Assembly: GCA_043228905.1 (NCBI GenBank)
Contig: JBHGNT010000015.1
Coordinates: forward strand, 9,238,001-9,302,000
Reading direction: 5' to 3'
DNA: 64,000 nt
Origin: Azolla caroliniana
Taxonomy: Eukaryota; Plantae; Polypodiophyta
The position numbers were made by a program, and so were the translations under genes. Of the stretch, positions 11,176-24,900 are shown one piece after another; position 1 is the stretch's first letter; every line of letters starts with the position of its first letter. The notes under the pieces were generated by a model, which saw only the letters and a list, made by a program, of their open reading frames with translations, made no database searches and had not been told where the DNA came from.

Positions 11176-13134
11176 ATGAGGTTCAGATTGCTTCATCTGA
11201 TGCCTCGCATCTGGTTCTACAAGCACGAGCACCAGGAAGTTGAGGAGCAGAGAGAGGGAGAGGGTATAGGCATGAATAGTGAGACCACCACCAGTCTGGG
11301 AAGAGCTATCTCTGATGAAATGGAGAATGAGATGGTGACGAAGCGCTGTAGTAGCAGTAGTAGTAGTAGTAGGAGGAGGAGGAGTATAATAGGTAACCAA
11401 CAACATCGACCGACCTCACTAAAATTGGTGAAGTCTGTAGTTACAGAAGATGAGTCTAATGGAGGAAGGAATAGAAAGAAGGGCGCAACGGTAGCTTATA
11501 ACAGAGGCAAAGAGGGAATGAAAGCGACGGCGCAGGAGAAATGCAAGGAGCAGGAGCAGGAGCAGGGAAAGCAGCGGCGTCTGCAGGTTTGTACTGTTGT
11601 GGATGCAGGGTGTGCTTGCAGAGCTACCATGTCATCATCCACAGCTCCATCTACATCTAATTCGTCGCGTCAGAAGCAGCAGAAGATAAAGGGGAGTGAG
11701 CTGCAAAGAAAGACCACACTAATATCATCGCCAGCAGCTGCTCTACTGAGCGATGGGGAGGAGGAGGTAGTGATGAGCAGGGGCGCCAAGATGACAGCTC
11801 GCCGCTCCTCACAAGGTAGGGCCCTCCAAAATGTCATCCACACACAACTTGCTAATAATGTGAAGGTCATCGATGGTGGGGTTGATGAAATAATGTGTGG
11901 TGGCCACCTGAATACTAAAAGTAGTAGTAAAGCGGCTGAGTTAGACTGGAATATTGCAGGGTCGGAGTCGCCCAAAACGAAGAGGAAACAGGACGTGTCA
12001 GTCGTTGGTAGCAAGATATTTGAAGAGGACTTTGATGTGAAGCAGCAGCGTGCAGAAGAGCTGCTATTAGTGGGTACTGTTTATGAAGGCAGCAGCAGTA
12101 GCTGCTTGAGTAGTAGTAGTACTACTAGTCATCTTTTTAACTCCAATACCAATACCAATACCAATACCAATACCATGAGTGTTAGCAATGCTACAGCCGT
12201 CAGCAGTGAAATGGAACATGAGGTTAATGCTGACATGATGATGCCCCATAGATCTTCCGCTGATAGGAAAACGCTTGGTAATAACAGTAATAGAAGTAAT
12301 CGTCTTATGACTGAGGTGACAGGTTCAACACCTCATCATCATCATCTTTTGCTGCCATCTCTTCATGGCCTTGTGCATGAGTATGTATCCAGTAAGTCTA
12401 AAACTGACCACGGTGAGGAGGGCACCCTGTCTCATGAAGCCTATGAACTTGCTTCCTTTAAAGAATTTGTATCAGATTATCATCAGCATGATTGGCCATT
12501 TAGAGGTGGGACTCCGGATGAAAGACGCACAGAGATTTTGGCTGGAGAGGACACAAGAACGCGTCCCAATTCTTCTAAATCCTTGATAAAAACTACAAGA
12601 AGGGCGAATGTCTCAGACTTGTTCAGTAAAGAAGAGAGACGGGCTAATCATGAGAGTATGGAGACAAGGAGACGGTTTTACCAAACTGAAGAAGAGGAGC
12701 ATGATGATAAGAAATTGCAGGAACCGCGTGTGACCGAGCCTGAAGTACAGGTGGTTATAGATAAAAGGAGAGGCAGGAGACGAAACGAGCGAATGTTAGA
12801 CGTGGATGTGGAGAAGCAGTCATGTGACATTCAAATACCACGGGGCTATGGTAGAGATAATGATTCATCAGAAAGAACTGATGATGATCACGGGCTGGAT
12901 ACTGAACCCATGTCGTGTAGAGAGGGTGCAGTGGCAATGGTGAAGAGCTCCTTTGATCCCAGGAAGGACTTCAAGAAGTCCATGGTGGAGATGGTTATAG
13001 CAAAGGGTTTGAGAGGCCATGATCAACTGCAAGAGCTTCTTCAATGTTACCTCTCCTTGAACCCCCACAAATATCGTAACACGATCATTGAGGTCTTCCG
13101 TGAGCTTTGTTGTGAGATTCTCCTTCAATCCTGA
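11176..13134 (+). CDS. OFP: OVATE family protein (transcriptional repressor type), single exon, 652 aa
   Basis: C-terminal OVATE domain AVAMVKSSFDPRKDFKKSMVEMV...LQELLQCYLSLN...IIEVF; N-terminal FRL..LMP..WFYK motif as in the OFP1-5 class; uninterrupted ORF. Confidence 0.95.
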   Translation: MRFRLLHLMPRIWFYKHEHQEVEEQREGEGIGMNSETTTSLGRAISDEMENEMVTKRCSSSSSSSRRRRSIIGNQQHRPTSLKLVKSVVTEDESNGGRNRKKGATVAYNRGKEGMKATAQEKCKEQEQEQGKQRRLQVCTVVDAGCACRATMSSSTAPSTSNSSRQKQQKIKGSELQRKTTLISSPAAALLSDGEEEVVMSRGAKMTARRSSQGRALQNVIHTQLANNVKVIDGGVDEIMCGGHLNTKSSSKAAELDWNIAGSESPKTKRKQDVSVVGSKIFEEDFDVKQQRAEELLLVGTVYEGSSSSCLSSSSTTSHLFNSNTNTNTNTNTMSVSNATAVSSEMEHEVNADMMMPHRSSADRKTLGNNSNRSNRLMTEVTGSTPHHHHLLLPSLHGLVHEYVSSKSKTDHGEEGTLSHEAYELASFKEFVSDYHQHDWPFRGGTPDERRTEILAGEDTRTRPNSSKSLIKTTRRANVSDLFSKEERRANHESMETRRRFYQTEEEEHDDKKLQEPRVTEPEVQVVIDKRRGRRRNERMLDVDVEKQSCDIQIPRGYGRDNDSSERTDDDHGLDTEPMSCREGAVAMVKSSFDPRKDFKKSMVEMVIAKGLRGHDQLQELLQCYLSLNPHKYRNTIIEVFRELCCEILLQS

Positions 13135-13388
13135 GTCCTTGTCCCCTTAATAACTAACAAAAGGAGAGCTATTATTCTGATATGACTGACTACATAGATA
13201 AGAAAGAAAGAGCTCCCCAAAACAAAGAATCAAAATATGTGTTGATTCGTTCGTCCATTCATTCATTCATTCATTCTAGAGGGTTGTGTGTGTGTATGTA
13301 TTTGTATAGTAGCAATCCATTCATGTCCTCCTCCTCTCCCCTCTACACTGCTAGCTGGCGAGCTAAAGTAGATGTTTGTAATGTTGTT

Positions 13389-13470
13389 ATTGGAAGTTAT
13401 CTCATTTTTCTTAATGCTGGAGCTGTCGGATTGGAAGTTGTCTCATTTTTCTTAATGCTGGAGCTGTAGG
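13389..13470. repeat. 41-bp tandem duplication in the likely 3' UTR of the OFP gene
   Basis: ATTGGAAGTTRTCTCATTTTTCTTAATGCTGGAGCTGTMGG twice. Confidence 0.9.
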
Positions 13471-15390
13471 ATTTCGTAAAGGAATACAATATATATCTAT
13501 ATATATGTTCGTTTCTAATAATGAATGCGAATTTAACCAGTTACATATTATTAGTACGAGTTCCTTGGGGGGAAGTTCGAACCCCCAAGTCCCAATCCCA
13601 TTTGCCACCGTTTGCTTTTTTGCTTGTTTTACTGCTCCCCAAGTCCAGACTCCCCACCCCAATACGATGTGGTGAGTTTATGGAAAGAGAATATTTTGGA
13701 AGATTATATTTTTGGTTGGCCCCATCAATGGCTGTGCTCAAAGTAGGGTGAGGCAGCCTATTATTTCTTTTGAAGTCCCCCCCGCCCTACCTCCTATTAT
13801 TCATTCACAATGGGGTAGGCAGTTTTGATGGTACCCTCCACCAATTCCTTCCTGTATGAGAGGAGATCTTCAAGATAAAACATGCTTTGTTTGTTCGAGG
13901 ACAGTATCTACTCTTTGGAAGTTGCGTAAGTTGTGTTCCCATTATTTGATTATAACTGATCTCTGAAATGGAGCCCCAACAAATACTTGAATGACACCAC
14001 ATGTGGATCATCCCTTGTGGCTAGCACATTCATGTACTTGTAGTAGTCGTCTTCATCATTTTGATAAATGTGTGGATTCTTGTGAGCACTACTAGTACGT
14101 CTTGTGACTATTTGAGTGTTGACAGGATATGAATCTACATACTTGCAAGTTGATGATGCTTCCTAATTATGTCCTTATGTTATCTTTATTCGATATCTGA
14201 GATTAGAATCATTTTATTGTGTTGTCAAATATCTCACTGACCATTGCTGAATGGCAACAATTTGCAGCTTTTGAATTTAAAGCACTTTATGAATTTGTAC
14301 TAAAGGATGCTCTATGTATTTACAATAAAGTTAAGGCTCAGTACAAACATAAATTCTGTTACATATTAAGAAGTAAAACACTTCTTTGGTTCCAGTGTCC
14401 TCCATACATACATATATATATATACACGAATATCTCAAGGCTCAGAACATTTACGGAAGTTAGGAAGAAATAAACTTGTTGGAAACTCACTATCTTGAAA
14501 ATCAACGTATATTTGCAAGGTGTAACACATAGTGAGAGAGAGAGAGAGAACATTATTACCCAATGTATAGAGTTGTCTATACATATTAAAGTGTGAAGAT
14601 AATTTAAAAAGAAATAATAGTCCCTTCTCTAGATAAAACGGGCAAAGGTAAATAATGCATATTGATGAAAATTCACGTCATATCAATGACACGGGATAGA
14701 GTGTGCCAAGATAAAATGGGTAAAAGTAAAAATGTTGCACATTGCCAAAATTTCACATATCATATTATAGACATGAGATGGGGTGTACCAACCTTTCTCT
14801 GACTACATACTATACGGGGATTGTAAACCATAATACTTTCAAGTCTACATGTTTTGGAGGAAATTAATGGGTTCACATGAATAAACAAACCACTCCATAA
14901 ATAGGACCTCCACATAAAAATAGACATGTTGCTTGAGTTGTAAATGTTTTGGCCATTAACTGCATTCATGTATACTCACGCAAATTGAATTGAAATTGAA
15001 CTTTGAAATGAATAGTTCAATGAGGGTTTCATTATAGTTGAAAATTGAGTTTGTTTTGACAAATCATGCATACAAAATATAGTATTTCTACATCAACTCA
15101 ATAATGCTTACCACTAGTCACATTGAAAATCAATATTGAGTCTTGAACACACAGGATGATAATTGCATACTATCAAAAAGCCTTTACAAGATATTGTAGT
15201 GTACATATCTAACGTGAGTTGTACATGGCAAGCCAAAGTATATGAGATTATACTAACGCTTCAATGTGTACGTTCTAAGATCTATTATCTCCCTAAGAAA
15301 GAGGCTAATGTTTGGAAAGGGGATACATGTTCTATGATCTAAATCGGAACTTGTAAATGCACAAGACACGAAAATTTGTTTGTTTGTTTT

Positions 15391-15427
<37 letters not shown>

Positions 15428-17873
15428 TGCTCCGGTTGCTAAAGCCATTTGGGTGGTTATGTCACAAAATTGGGCATCAATAACAAGAAGTATTTTGTCA
15501 CCTTTTAAGTGGGTTTTCATTGACAATGATAAAGCTATACCCACGCCATCATATTAGGTTGTCTTTGACTACCTTAGGTATTGGGGTGATGTGGCTTAAT
15601 TGGACCATTATAAATGGGTTCTTGTTTGATGAACTTCTTGGGTAACACAACAACTCAGTAAGATTATAGGGAAGTTGATTTGGCAATTCTACAAATATGT
15701 TGTATGGGGATGTTGTCCCAAGATGAGGTAGAGTTTTGTCATCTAGTGTTACAACACTGGAGAGGGTTTTCCTTGCCATATCGCTACTAATGAAGTAGTG
15801 GAGATAGCAAGGGTTGTATTATCATCTTGTTTTAATAACAAACATACATTTACGAAAGAAATAAAAGAAGAGAGAGAGAGAGAGAGAGATAGATAGATAG
15901 ATTATATTATCGTCTTCGGAGATCAAATATGATGTATGAGGGCAACAATATAGTAACGTCATGTAAAACATGTGAAAGTGAATAATGGCTCTCAATTTTC
16001 AAAAACTTTATAATGAAGATTACAATTAATAGTGCATACTAGGATCATGAAAGAAAATTGTGTAAGAATTGGATTTGGTAGAGAGGGAGAGTATCAATTA
16101 TAACATTGATGGAGGATCCTTTTTACCTACACAAACCAAACAATAACCATAGGTTGATTGGTGTTCGCAATCAAAGTTAAGATCTTTGATGACTACAATC
16201 TATGGCTAAACAAGAACAAAAGGTGCATAACTTTGATTATGGATGGTTGCAAATTTTTGTAACACGGTTAGCATATTCATTGCCACTTTTAGCAAAGGTC
16301 TTTTCTTGTGGACAATATTGATTGAGGGTTTACCTTTGGGATTAATGTTAAATAGACCAAGATCAATTAGAGGTAATTATTTCTTTTCCATCGTTTGAGT
16401 AGGAAGGAGATTATACTTATCGTTTTACACAATATCCTATTGCTTGTTAGGTATTGCTTGTTAGGTGTAGGACTACATTTCTCAGGTTTAACAAGTTTTG
16501 TCACATTACTAATTGACGATAGGACAATGGGTGTATACACAATTCATAAAATGACACTAGAGGTAAGAGGCAAATATCGTTTTCCTCTTATAGAGATATT
16601 GGGGATTGGATCATAGATTGGTGTATGCACAATGCTTTTGTATTTGATGGTAAGCATGGAGTTAGAGCATATATAAGAAAGTTTTGGGGTATTGATGTGG
16701 AAGTTTTATTCATTGGAGCAATTTCTAAAATTCTTTTTAATAGAGTGTTCATCTTGCCAATTAGTGATTTAGCTTTCCCCACTTTTCATGTAGCAATGAC
16801 ATCACTCAATTATGATACCAAATTAGTGTTTTTCATGCACATTTATTTACAAAAAAAAGAAGTATGTGATAAATAGATGCTATGAACATAAATTATTTGA
16901 CTGATTGGTTTGTGGCCGTAATTGTATTCAATGAAGACATAATCGTGATTATGCATAACATGGTTAAGTCCACCACTAGGAAAGCTTTGAAGGGTAGGCA
17001 TAGGCTTTTTGTTTATGTTCAAATAGGTACATGTGAAACTATATTGATTAAAAAAAACCTTAATTTGTAAGTTCATGGATTCAAGTACATGGTTACTCAT
17101 TGTTGTGGATTTACCACTTGATGCGTGGCAAATATCACCAAAAAAGCTCGTTTGTCAACATGGTGTGTTGATGATGAAGCTCTTTTATCTTCAATGAGGG
17201 CTATGATTTTGGTGTTGCGCTCTACCAACAAATGACCAACAAATGAGTGTGACCCCAATCTAAGTAACCCTTACACCATATATGCGTGTATGGTCACAAA
17301 CCTCATGGGCGACAAAACATTATCCAGAGCCTCTCATGCATTGTTAGAATGTTTTACTCATATTCATGGTAAAGAGACTAGTATATAAATCTCTACCATA
17401 TAAATCATGAAGTATGATTGATCGAGAGTTTGGTTGTGCAATTATTTGGGAGCAATATCCAAGGAATACTAGTTCTCAAGCAACCAAAACATTTTATGTA
17501 CAGGTTACAACTGAAAGAATCAGACACACACACGGGCATACATCCTAACTAATGGTCACTTCTCAAAGAGCTACAAACAATAAGTTGTATGGATATAAAT
17601 AAAAAATGCTGAGGTGGAGGGAGTGTGATTGTTCTCCTTGGAACTTGGTGAGTCGTGGACGAATAAACAATAAACCTCTCTTCTCTTGGGGTTCTCACAA
17701 GTCATGAATATCAATTAAATACAGGTGGAAAGACTGAGCATATCCCGGACCGAAACCATTATTATCTTTAACTACTGCTACTACTACTACTACTACTAAT
17801 AATAATAATAATGATGATGATGATGATCTGATCTCTTGGGTGAATGAATCATCATCGTATGATATGATCGAGA

Positions 17874-17960
<87 letters not shown>
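17874..17960. repeat. Compound (CT)n(CA)n microsatellite
   Basis: Direct reading. Confidence 0.95.
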
Positions 17961-17962
<2 letters not shown>

Positions 17963-19064
17963 AGCAACTACATATGTACATATTGCAGTACGTGTGTGCG
18001 CGCGCGCTCTCTCTGTGAGAATTAAATAACGGATGGAATTTGAAATGCGATCAATCCCAAAGCCAGGAACCAACAACAATTAGACTTGAATAACAAATGG
18101 AAAGAGAAGAAGGTGGGGGGATAAGAAAAAGATGAATGAAAATGGAAGTCGTTTTACTTCTCGTAGGGAAAAGAAACAATAGAGAGAAGAAGACAACTAA
18201 AATGCAAATACGTCTGTCTCTGTGGAAATGCGAAAAGTTTGGAAACTATGAGAAGAAGATATTGGAAGATAATAATAATAGTATTGGTTCGTACGTATGA
18301 AGGATTCATGGATGGATGAGATCCATTCCATTCAGAAACCCAACCAGACTAAGGCTAAGTTAAATAACATACCCATTTTTACTTACATAGTAGCTTTCAT
18401 ATTCATTATACGTTCTTGGGATTTGAGATCTATCTAGATCAATTCAAATCATGATTTTGCTCTTCTTCAAGGCTGCCGCCTCATTTGGACGGACGACATT
18501 CATATATCAGATATAATATTTATTCCTAATAATAATAACACCATTATTATGTCTTTATAACGACCTTTAATTCCTTCCCTTCCCTTCCCTTCCTTTTTAG
18601 CGACTCGCGCACACGCACACAATCCCCCCAACGAATGAATGAATGAATGAATGCCACGACTCTCTCTCTTTCTCTCTCTGTTGTAAATATGGCAGAAAGT
18701 AAGCGGCGGGGGTAGCTACCTATCTAGCTACCTAGAAAACTAAATATGTATGTAAACTATATAAAATAAATACGATATATACATACACGGACAACATGAT
18801 TAGAGTTTGGGACCTAGAAAGACGTATTGCTTCTCCTCTCTCCTTTATCCTGGACGGTTGTTTTTAATTAACAAGCAAAAAAACCCTCCAAAATTTCAAA
18901 ACCAGTGGCATTAAGTTTAATAATAACCACCCAAGCACAGAAACCAAGCAGTAGCTTGCCTCCTTCCCACGACTCTGGAGTTTGGAGTGAGGGGTTTCTA
19001 AATTCTTACCACACACCATTCCATGAATGTATTGCCAATTTGCACCCCCCCCCCCCCTCTTAAG

Positions 19065-20348
19065 CAATGTTGCCTTTTGACGGCCGTTTTGATCGTTTTT
19101 GGCAAATTTAACTATATATGAAGGTTAATTTGAAAATGAAACTGTCAATCTTGATGAGCATATATTTTATAAAAATGTAAAAATGAAGGTTTAAAATTTG
19201 TTAATACCGTCAAATTTTGCTAAGGCCAAAATAATAATACATGTATTAGTAGTTACAAATTACAATTTATAGGCTATAACATATAGTTTTATTTGAGAAA
19301 GATAAATGTGTAAACATATGTTATGTCACATGATAAGAGAGAAGAAGTGCTTGGATATATGCATAGTGTGAAAATAAACTTAGGGCTTCTTTTATTTTCA
19401 AACCATGGGCCATTCCTCTCTTTTGTTTATTTGTTTCTCTCTCAAGATGTAATCTCTTATTTGGTCTTATAGGCCATTTTGGCCTCTTAAAAGACGTTAA
19501 TATTTCTTCTTCTTTTTTTTCTTTCTTTCTCTCTCTCTCTAATATTAATAAAGCGAGTCACAATGATACGATCCCAATATTGCAAAATCTAAGGGAATAA
19601 GGCCATTTATGATGGATTACTTGAAAGTTGTATTAAACTACCTCAAAATTATGTCCAAAAGATTATTGATGGACTAAATGCAAGGTTCCTTGACTTAAGC
19701 CTCTTTAATGCAACAAATTTATTCAACCCAGGCCATTATGCAGATGATGATGTGATTAGGGATAGTAAAGCAAAGAGTCAAGACATGGTTAGGAATTTTG
19801 ATTTCTCACTTACAACCAAATGTCGATGTCAATGCATGTCTTCAAAATTTACATGATGCAAAGGCTTGTGAAAATGGAACTCTATAGGTTTGTTAACACT
19901 TTAAGTTTAAATTGTGAAGGCTATACTATGCATGAAGCTAGGCATATGTTTTGCAAAATGAAAGATTGGCAAGATAGTTTCCCTCATTTGATGAAATTAT
20001 CGCATGCTACTCTGGTTATTCCATCTAGCACGGTTTTGTGTGTGAGAGAGTTCTTTAAGCAAAATCTCATCAAAGAGATAAAAAGAAATCAATTGAATAT
20101 AGAACATTTACATGATTTAATGCGTGTCTCATTGAATGGGCCACACATTGAAGAAATACAATGGGATTGTGCATATGAAATTTGGAAAGATATACAGGAT
20201 AGAAGGGTATAATATATTGTTTAGTAGAAATATTCAATGTATTTACTTTTTGAAGGGCAATTTTTTTGACAAATCGTCATTTGATAGGCAAATTTTTGGG
20301 AATACCGTTCTCATGACAGACAATGTTAGCCGTCAAAAGGCAACACTG
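19065..20348 (+). mobile_element. hAT DNA transposon, internally deleted
   Basis: 20-bp TIR CA(A/G)TGTTGCCTTTTGACGGC, 8-bp TSD CTCTTAAG (19057-19064 / 20349-20356), transposase C-terminal remnant. Confidence 0.92.
19820..20212 (+). pseudogene. hAT transposase C-terminal dimerization-domain remnant
   Basis: FPHLMKL...LVIPSSTVLCVREF.KQNLIK...RNQL...L.DLMRVSLNGP resembles the hATC consensus. Confidence 0.8.
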
Positions 20349-20512
20349 CTCTTAAGTTTCCTTCGAACTTCTACATCATAAATATGTATGCATATCATAA
20401 ATATGTATTCGAGCATGGATGGATGATGATAAAGATACACAAACCTTACATTGCTACTCGTTGTATTCTTTCGAATTAATGCCAACCTAAACTTAAGAAG
20501 AATCAAGGTCTA

Positions 20513-20554
<42 letters not shown>

Positions 20555-20819
20555 CTCTCTTATAAGTTATCTTATCGTTACTTTTTATGATCGGGTACAC
20601 ATCCTATTTTGTTGTAACCAATTGTCTCATGGGCCAAATTTGGTCTTAGAAAACCTTTATATATATACATCTTTCTTTTTTTCTTATAAAAGAGAGTTGC
20701 TTGCCTTAAGATCCAAATGTAATTTAAATTTCCTAGCTAGCTTGTTCATTTAATAAACTAACGAATAAGAAAAACACATAAGTTAGTTGTCCACTTGTAC
20801 GAATATATATATATATATA

Positions 20820-20903
20820 GGAATGCACTATTTGCCCCCCTTCCCCCCCAAAACAATTTTCCTTATTTGCCAATAGCCAAAATGGGGGGGCAAATAGCAC
20901 ATT

Positions 20904-20905
<2 letters not shown>
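20820..20905. mobile_element. 86-bp MITE-like inverted-repeat element within a (TA)n microsatellite
   Basis: GGAATGCACTATTTGCCCCCC ... GGGGGGCAAATAGCACATTCC flanked by TA runs on both sides. Confidence 0.7.
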
Positions 20906-20947
<42 letters not shown>

Positions 20948-21907
20948 GATCCTAGATAAATGCTAATGAAACTCAAATGGTTGCAAGATATACACAAAGC
21001 GAGAATGTCTCATGATAATCAACTCCAACAAATTGAGGAATACTTTTAACTACCAAGTACGCACTTTAGTTTATAGAAGAAAAATCCACCCACTTTTGAT
21101 TGGCTTACAATATGATTCATGAAGGAAGAACAAATAAATCCAATGTACATTTGCTTATTCATTTCAATATTAATGCTTATGCAAACTACATCGCTATGAA
21201 TTGTAACCAGGTTAGTAATGGACGACACGTAAGTATGATAGAAATAGGGTGAAAACTCTCGTTGAGCCATGGGTGGAAATTTGTTATAGATGGGTTCTAG
21301 GAATTCTAGATCCCAAAAAGCAATAAGATCATTATGAATGAGAAAGAAAAACAAATTGAATATTACCATGTATTACTCCTTGCATCATCCCCAAATTTGG
21401 ATATTCAATCAAGAATGAAATAAAAGACTTCAAATAAAATTCTATTTAAAACAATTTTGGTTTCATTTACGCTCCACGATGCCATTATCTTGCAACATAT
21501 GGGGAAATGTGAATTCTCTCAAAAGGATGGCATTAATGAAATATAAATCAAAACACATGATTGTTGAATCGATCACCTTTGTCATAGTGAACACACAAAT
21601 TTTTCTTTTTCAATTCAACCATTACCTTCCATTTGCAAAAAGTTGAAAAAACATCTCCTTTCTTTTTGAGAGAAAGAAGGAATAATGTGAGTAATAATTA
21701 ATAATCAATCTAAAATAGTTTTTTTTTTTTTTCCAAAAGAAGAATATACTCCATTAGTTAAAATGACATACAATACACAACTTTAGACATTACCTACTTC
21801 CATATGGACTACATCACTAATTTATCTTACACTAAATAGCCCACATGTTTGTTCTCCATGTTTGTCGTGTCATTCACGCCCCTCTATCATCTAATGGGAG
21901 GGGCGTA

Positions 21908-24900
21908 CTACCATCGTACATCCACTCCAATTTCTGTAGCCATCGGTGTAGTACACCATCGTTTTCTGAATTTCAGCCTCATTAAATTTGAAGCATCATC
22001 TATTCCATCAATCCACTCATATTGGGCCCTCAATGTAGTTATTAGCATGTGCCATATTAGCTTAATAGATTCTGTTGGAGGCCGTTTGTTTGCTGAAAAT
22101 ACCCTGGTACATCTTGCGGTCCAAATGTTCCATATGATAATGGGTGCTAGCAACATCCATAGATCTACAATTTTCTGCTTCTGGGCATTACTTCTAGGTG
22201 CACTGTTACCAACGATCACTCGAATAGTTCCATTCTCCTCTCTGTACATAGTTGTACATGTGTTATCAAATTTCTCTACGTCGTCATCAAGACAATTCCA
22301 ACAAGCATGTCCCCAATTGAGGGTAAATGAGCTAGAGGCATGGCAAAGCAATCGTAATGCCCTTCTCCATACTACCGTAGCCTCATGACATTCCCAATGC
22401 TTTCTAGTTGTCCACATGCACTACATCTTGGGTTTACATTGGGGCCTTTAGCCCACGCCCCTACTGGCAAGGCTCTATGCACAATAAGCCATAAGCACAT
22501 CATTATCTTGCGGTTACCGCTGTCATGCCATATCATTTTCCAGAATTTAGCTAATCCCCTTTCACTAATGCCCTCTTGTATCCAAAATTTACGAGCTGCA
22601 ATATCTTGGTGTTCTTGTTTAAGGATAATTTGCCTCCCGATTTTCGTGTTGTACCTGAAAAATTGCACCAACTTGGCACCGTCACTTGGACCTTGAGTTT
22701 TCCAGAAATACATCGCAGGGTCCCATGATAGCTGATTTGAATGCCCTTCTATCAGCCAACACACTGTCGTTGGTTTGAGCTCACTCGGTTCGGGGTCAAC
22801 TATCATAACCTTTCCATTTTTTGCAAGCAACCTAATCGGCCTTTCAGTTTGATAGGCGGGTTGCTCACATATTATCCTTCTATGCTCTATTTTGTAGTAG
22901 CATGCCTCATTAGAGCCGGCTTTCGTTCCCTTAATACCGATTATATAATTTTCAGCATCGATAAGTCCTGTCCATTCCATTTCAGAGGGGTTTATGGCTG
23001 CATCTTCCAAGATTTGCTCGCTGCGTGCAAAGGCATCTGTAATCTCTTCCAATTTGCCAATGTATTCCCTTGGGCATTGATTAAATTGGCCCATTTGAAA
23101 CCTGTTTTTTGTCCTATCATCAGCCCATCCACATCTCTAATTAATGGGTTCCAAACAATAGGCATGTACATTCGAGCATATGCATCATTTCTCCACCTAC
23201 AAACGATTCCCTTTCTTATTCCATTCCATGCCTTCATAATTCCAACAACACATATACTCTGTGTACATCCTCGGTATTTGGGTCGCATTTTAGGCACAAA
23301 CCCCCAAAAAGGGCTACTTGGCCAACTTCCACCATGTCTTGGCAACCACATCTTCCATCTGTGTCGCTAGAGAATTTTCCAAGGTGCCTCAGGTGGTTGC
23401 AAGCTCTTGACCACCAATTTGCCTAGCAAAGCCTTCGTTTGCACCATAGGATCTATTAGTCCCACCCCACCTTCACTTTTATCTTTTATGAGCGTAGTCC
23501 ATGCAACCTTTGCACAAGCATGTTTTTCCTCGGTGCCCCCCCATAAGAAATTTCTGATCAACCTTTTTATCAATTTCATTGACTTGGCTGCGATTATCCA
23601 ACATGCCGCAGTATGCCATATTGTGGTCATTAGCACCTGATTTGCAATCACAATCTTGGCTGCAAAGGATAATTTTCTTGCATTCCACCATATTAACTTC
23701 GCTTTTATTTTGTCCACAAGTAGAGTGTAGTGTTATGAGCGATCAATGTCCATCCCGATTTTGAAACCCAAGTATCTAGTAGCTTCTCCTCTCCTCAACC
23801 ATCTGAAATTAGGGTCTGGAGCCCAATTTACCACAGGCTTATTGCTAATCCAAATGCCCACTGATTTATTCTAGTTTATATTCGCACCCGACCCCCTACA
23901 AAACTCATTTATGGCACTTTGTAGTCTGTCCAAGTTGTTTGCATCCCCCTTAACATAAATTGTTGTATCATCAGCATATTCTGTATCAAGCATCATTCCT
24001 GCATCCTCGGGTAGGGGAAGGCCTTGTATTTGCCAATATCTATCACTAATCTGATAATGCAATGCTTCCTCTGCAATAATGAATAGGTACGGGGCCAATG
24101 GGCATCCTTGGCGTACCGATCGTGTCAACCTAAAGCTCTTCCCCAAGCTTCCAGCCATTAAAACCTGGCTGGAAGCATCCCTATAAAAGGCAGCCAATCC
24201 AAGGATCCATTGCTGCTCGAAGCCTAGGGCAACCATCACTGCTTCTAGGAATTCCCATGAGATCTTGTCATATGCTTTTTCGAAATCGAGTAACATTACT
24301 GCTAGGTCCACTTCTTGCTCCTCTGCCCATGCTGAATACTCCCAAAAAGTTATCACATTGTCAACAATGCTCCGGTTTTCGAGGAAGCCAGTTTGCGTTG
24401 TATGTATTATGTCCCCTAGGACCGTTTTCAATCGACTACTTACAACTTTAGCCATGATCTTATAGGCATTAGTGAGAATCATCAAAGGTCGCCAATTATC
24501 AAGCATAGTTAGATCTTTCCCATCCTTGGGAATTAAATAAATCATTCCTTGACACATTGTCGGAGGCATTAAACCTTCAGCCATAATGTATTGCATCCCT
24601 TCCAACATGTCATCCTTAATTAGATCCCAATATTTGATGTAAAAATATATAGGGAGTCCATCTATGCCTGCACAACTTTGTTTGTTCATATCTGAAATTG
24701 CATCCCACAATTCTTGTATACAAATAGGGGTATTTAGACGGTCCATCATCTGAGCCGAAACTCTCTTCGATATCCTGTTTATTATATTTCTAAAGGCATC
24801 CTGCTCAATATGTTCCTCATTGCATACATTCAGTAGTTGCATATAATAGCTCGTGGCCATTTCAAGCATTTCCTCCACGCACGTGGTCATTGTGCCATCT

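Noticed and set aside
13650-17600. Possible decayed transposon or gene fragments downstream of OFP
   Set aside because: Only short ORFs, with no motif I can identify confidently
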